Source: Betaproteobacteria bacterium
GTDB taxonomy: Bacteria > Pseudomonadota > Gammaproteobacteria > Burkholderiales > SG8-41
NCBI GenBank assembly: GCA_947486575.1
Contig: CANKUB010000008.1
Coordinates: forward strand, 1,582 to 65,581
DNA length: 64,000 nt
Direction of reading: 5' to 3'
Every line of letters begins with the position of its first letter. The stretch's first letter is position 1. Of this stretch, positions 62,437-64,000 are shown piece by piece. The position numbers and the translations under genes were made by a program. The notes below the pieces were generated by a model that worked only from the letters and a program-made list of their open reading frames with translations, had not been told where the DNA came from and searched no databases.

Positions 62437-63264
62437 CTAAGGTGCGCTGACCAGTTGCGCAAACCGCGTCAGGTCGCGGCCATCAACATCTGACACGGCG
62501 GCAAAGCGCAGCCCGCCCGCAGCCCAGGTGGTGACACTGAAGCCACGCACGCTGGCGGTTGCGATAGCCGCAGTTACATCCGTATTTGAGTTCGCTGTTG
62601 GGTCCGCCGCTGGGGAATTGGGCGCTTTGTCGGTGGCGCGCCACACAAATAGATTGATGACGTGCTTGCGGACCTGGTACACCACTGCCGCAGCGGGCTT
62701 ATCGGCGACTTGATCCAGACGCCCGCCGATCAACACATAGCCATCTCCGGCTAAATCTTTTACCGGCGGCGCGAAATCAATTTTCCCCTGAAACCACGGC
62801 TTTACCGTGTGTCGATCGCTGGACGCAACCTGAATTAACTGTCGCGTGGGTGCAAGTGCCGCCACGTGGCTTGCGACTGCGGGATCGCGCAACGGGTAAT
62901 CCGGCAGCGGTTGTGCAAGCCAGTAACCCGCGATCAAACCGGCCAGCGCCGCTACCGACGCCAATGCTGTTGCGTGCAACCATGACAAGCCTGCGTTGCG
63001 ACCTGTGGCGGACGATTGTAATTTTGCTGCGGATTCCGCCATGGCGCGGTCGAGCGAACGCTGAATGGTGGGGGCAAGCGCGGCGGGGGCCTTGAAGTAG
63101 GGCGCGTGAGCGCGAAGCGCCTGGCGCAGTGCGCTACGTTGTTCGCGCAGCGCAGCGCATGACGCGCATTCGGTTAGATGCGCGGTGATTTCTCCGGTGG
63201 TGGCGCGATCCAGCTCGCCATCAATATGCGCATCGAGCACCTGTTGTAAACGCGTGCAGTTCAC
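62437..63264 (-). CDS. anti-sigma factor (zf-HC2 N-terminus, one TM, periplasmic domain)
   Basis: MNCTRLQQVLDAHIDGELD...HLTECASCAALRE is the zf-HC2 motif. ATGA overlap with the ECF sigma gene. Confidence 0.8.
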   Translation of the reverse strand: MNCTRLQQVLDAHIDGELDRATTGEITAHLTECASCAALREQRSALRQALRAHAPYFKAPAALAPTIQRSLDRAMAESAAKLQSSATGRNAGLSWLHATALASVAALAGLIAGYWLAQPLPDYPLRDPAVASHVAALAPTRQLIQVASSDRHTVKPWFQGKIDFAPPVKDLAGDGYVLIGGRLDQVADKPAAAVVYQVRKHVINLFVWRATDKAPNSPAADPTANSNTDVTAAIATASVRGFSVTTWAAGGLRFAAVSDVDGRDLTRFAQLVSAP

Positions 63265-63791
63265 GATCTTTTCCTCTCGCGCGATTGCAGCAGCCGTTGT
63301 TGCAGCAGGTCGCGGCCACGCGACAATCGCGACATCACAGTGCCGATGGGTACATCCACGATGGCGCTGATTTCCTTGTACGATAATTCTTCCAGCTCAC
63401 GCAGCACCAGCACTTCGCGATATTCGCGCGGCAGCGCTGCAATGCCTACCCTGACCCAGTGTGCGTCGGAATCACGCGCGGCAGCGGCCTCAACTGATTC
63501 CGCAGCACCCGCCGTGTGCAAATCTTCGTCGTACGATTCTTCCGCTCTGCTGGCGCGCTGAACTTTCAGCCAATCGAGACTGGCGTTACGCACTATCGTC
63601 ATGAACCACGCCTTGGGGCTGGGGCCATGCAGGTTGTCAAAAAAACGAAAGGCACGCAAACAGGCATCCTGCACGGCATCGTCCGCGCCCGCCGCATCAC
63701 GCGTCAACCAGCGCGCGAGGTTGTACGCCGCATCGAGATGCACCAGCACCACGGCCTCAAAGCGCGATAGTTTGCTTGCGTCAGACAACAC
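63261..63791 (-). CDS. ECF (sigma-70 group IV) RNA polymerase sigma factor
   Basis: Region 2 (DAVQDACLRAFRFFD...AWFMTIVRN) and region 4 (LPREYREVLVLRELEELSYKEISAIVDVPIGTVMSRLSRGR). Confidence 0.9.
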   Translation of the reverse strand: MLSDASKLSRFEAVVLVHLDAAYNLARWLTRDAAGADDAVQDACLRAFRFFDNLHGPSPKAWFMTIVRNASLDWLKVQRASRAEESYDEDLHTAGAAESVEAAAARDSDAHWVRVGIAALPREYREVLVLRELEELSYKEISAIVDVPIGTVMSRLSRGRDLLQQRLLQSRERKRS

Positions 63792-63940
63792 GGGCTCCGG
63801 ATTTCTTCAATTATTAAAAGACTCTACCGCAAGCGGATTTATTCCGCGAATTTGCAATTTTCATTCAAGGGAATAAACCGTCCGTGGACCAAGTCTTCAT
63901 GGCTGACGGTGTTTTTTGATGCATTAACCTGGAGAGCAAC

Positions 63941-64000
63941 ATGGACGACAAAAACTATAGCAGACGGGATTTTCTGGCAATGGCTGGCGTAGGCGGGCTG
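63941..64000 (+). CDS. start of a Tat-exported protein (partial, continues beyond the window)
   Basis: MDDKNYSRRDFLAMAGVGGL is a twin-arginine signal (SRRDFL). It is divergent from the ECF sigma operon. Confidence 0.5.
   Translation, partial: MDDKNYSRRDFLAMAGVGGL

Noticed and set aside
1-64000. tRNA, rRNA, tmRNA or other canonical RNA genes.
   Set aside because: All non-coding gaps are short (mostly under 330 bp; the largest are 38742-39341 and 44515-44965). None shows cloverleaf-type or rRNA-like sequence on inspection. A covariance-model scan would be needed to exclude small ncRNAs.

Overview
Chromosomal window that is moderately GC-rich by eye and gene-dense. It is most consistent with a betaproteobacterium of the Burkholderiales type. 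That placement is an inference from five orphan Bug/TctC-type periplasmic binding proteins, a PP0621-PilS-PilR-like module, and the gene order rpsP-rimM-trmD-rplS and nrdA-nrdB. Housekeeping content: the rpsP operon, ampD, nrdAB (with a candidate promoter and tandem NrdR-like boxes), and a phnDCEE-type ABC transporter. Accessory and metabolic content: (i) a GntR-linked cluster at 4.6-15.8 kb. It encodes a split UxaA-type dehydratase, a TPP enzyme, and a Sdh/Frd-like four-subunit complex whose genes are interrupted by a Bug binding protein and a two-subunit class I fumarase/tartrate-dehydratase-like hydratase. It also holds an Ldh_2 oxidoreductase and an MBL hydrolase. (ii) An orphan PQQ dehydrogenase. 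(iii) A cluster of PrpD/MmgE, hydantoinase A/B, class V aminotransferase, ThrC-like enzyme, enolase-superfamily enzyme and RidA, bracketed by Bug genes. (iv) 5-formyl-THF cyclo-ligase, two tandem M20 (carboxypeptidase G2-like) paralogs and ltaE. (v) Three type II TA loci with PIN or MazF toxins: two convergent ones beside ltaE, and one mazEF. (vi) An ECF sigma/anti-sigma pair. No rRNA, tRNA, CRISPR array, integrase or transposase was recognised. The most unusual signal is not a gene. It is a dispersed AT-rich motif of about 20-30 bp (A/T tract + AAAACAA-N4-TTA) present at least 20 times, almost always at gene starts or stops. Several copies lie in frame inside CDSs or supply stop codons, and orientation is 15:5 in favour of the + strand. 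Its core resembles an IHF-type site (WATCAANNNNTTR). I cannot assign it to any repeat family I know. A second notable structure is a 1.7 kb double-TA cassette flanked by a diverged direct repeat of the ltaE 5' end. All calls come from reading the six-frame track and the sequence by eye. No database search was run.
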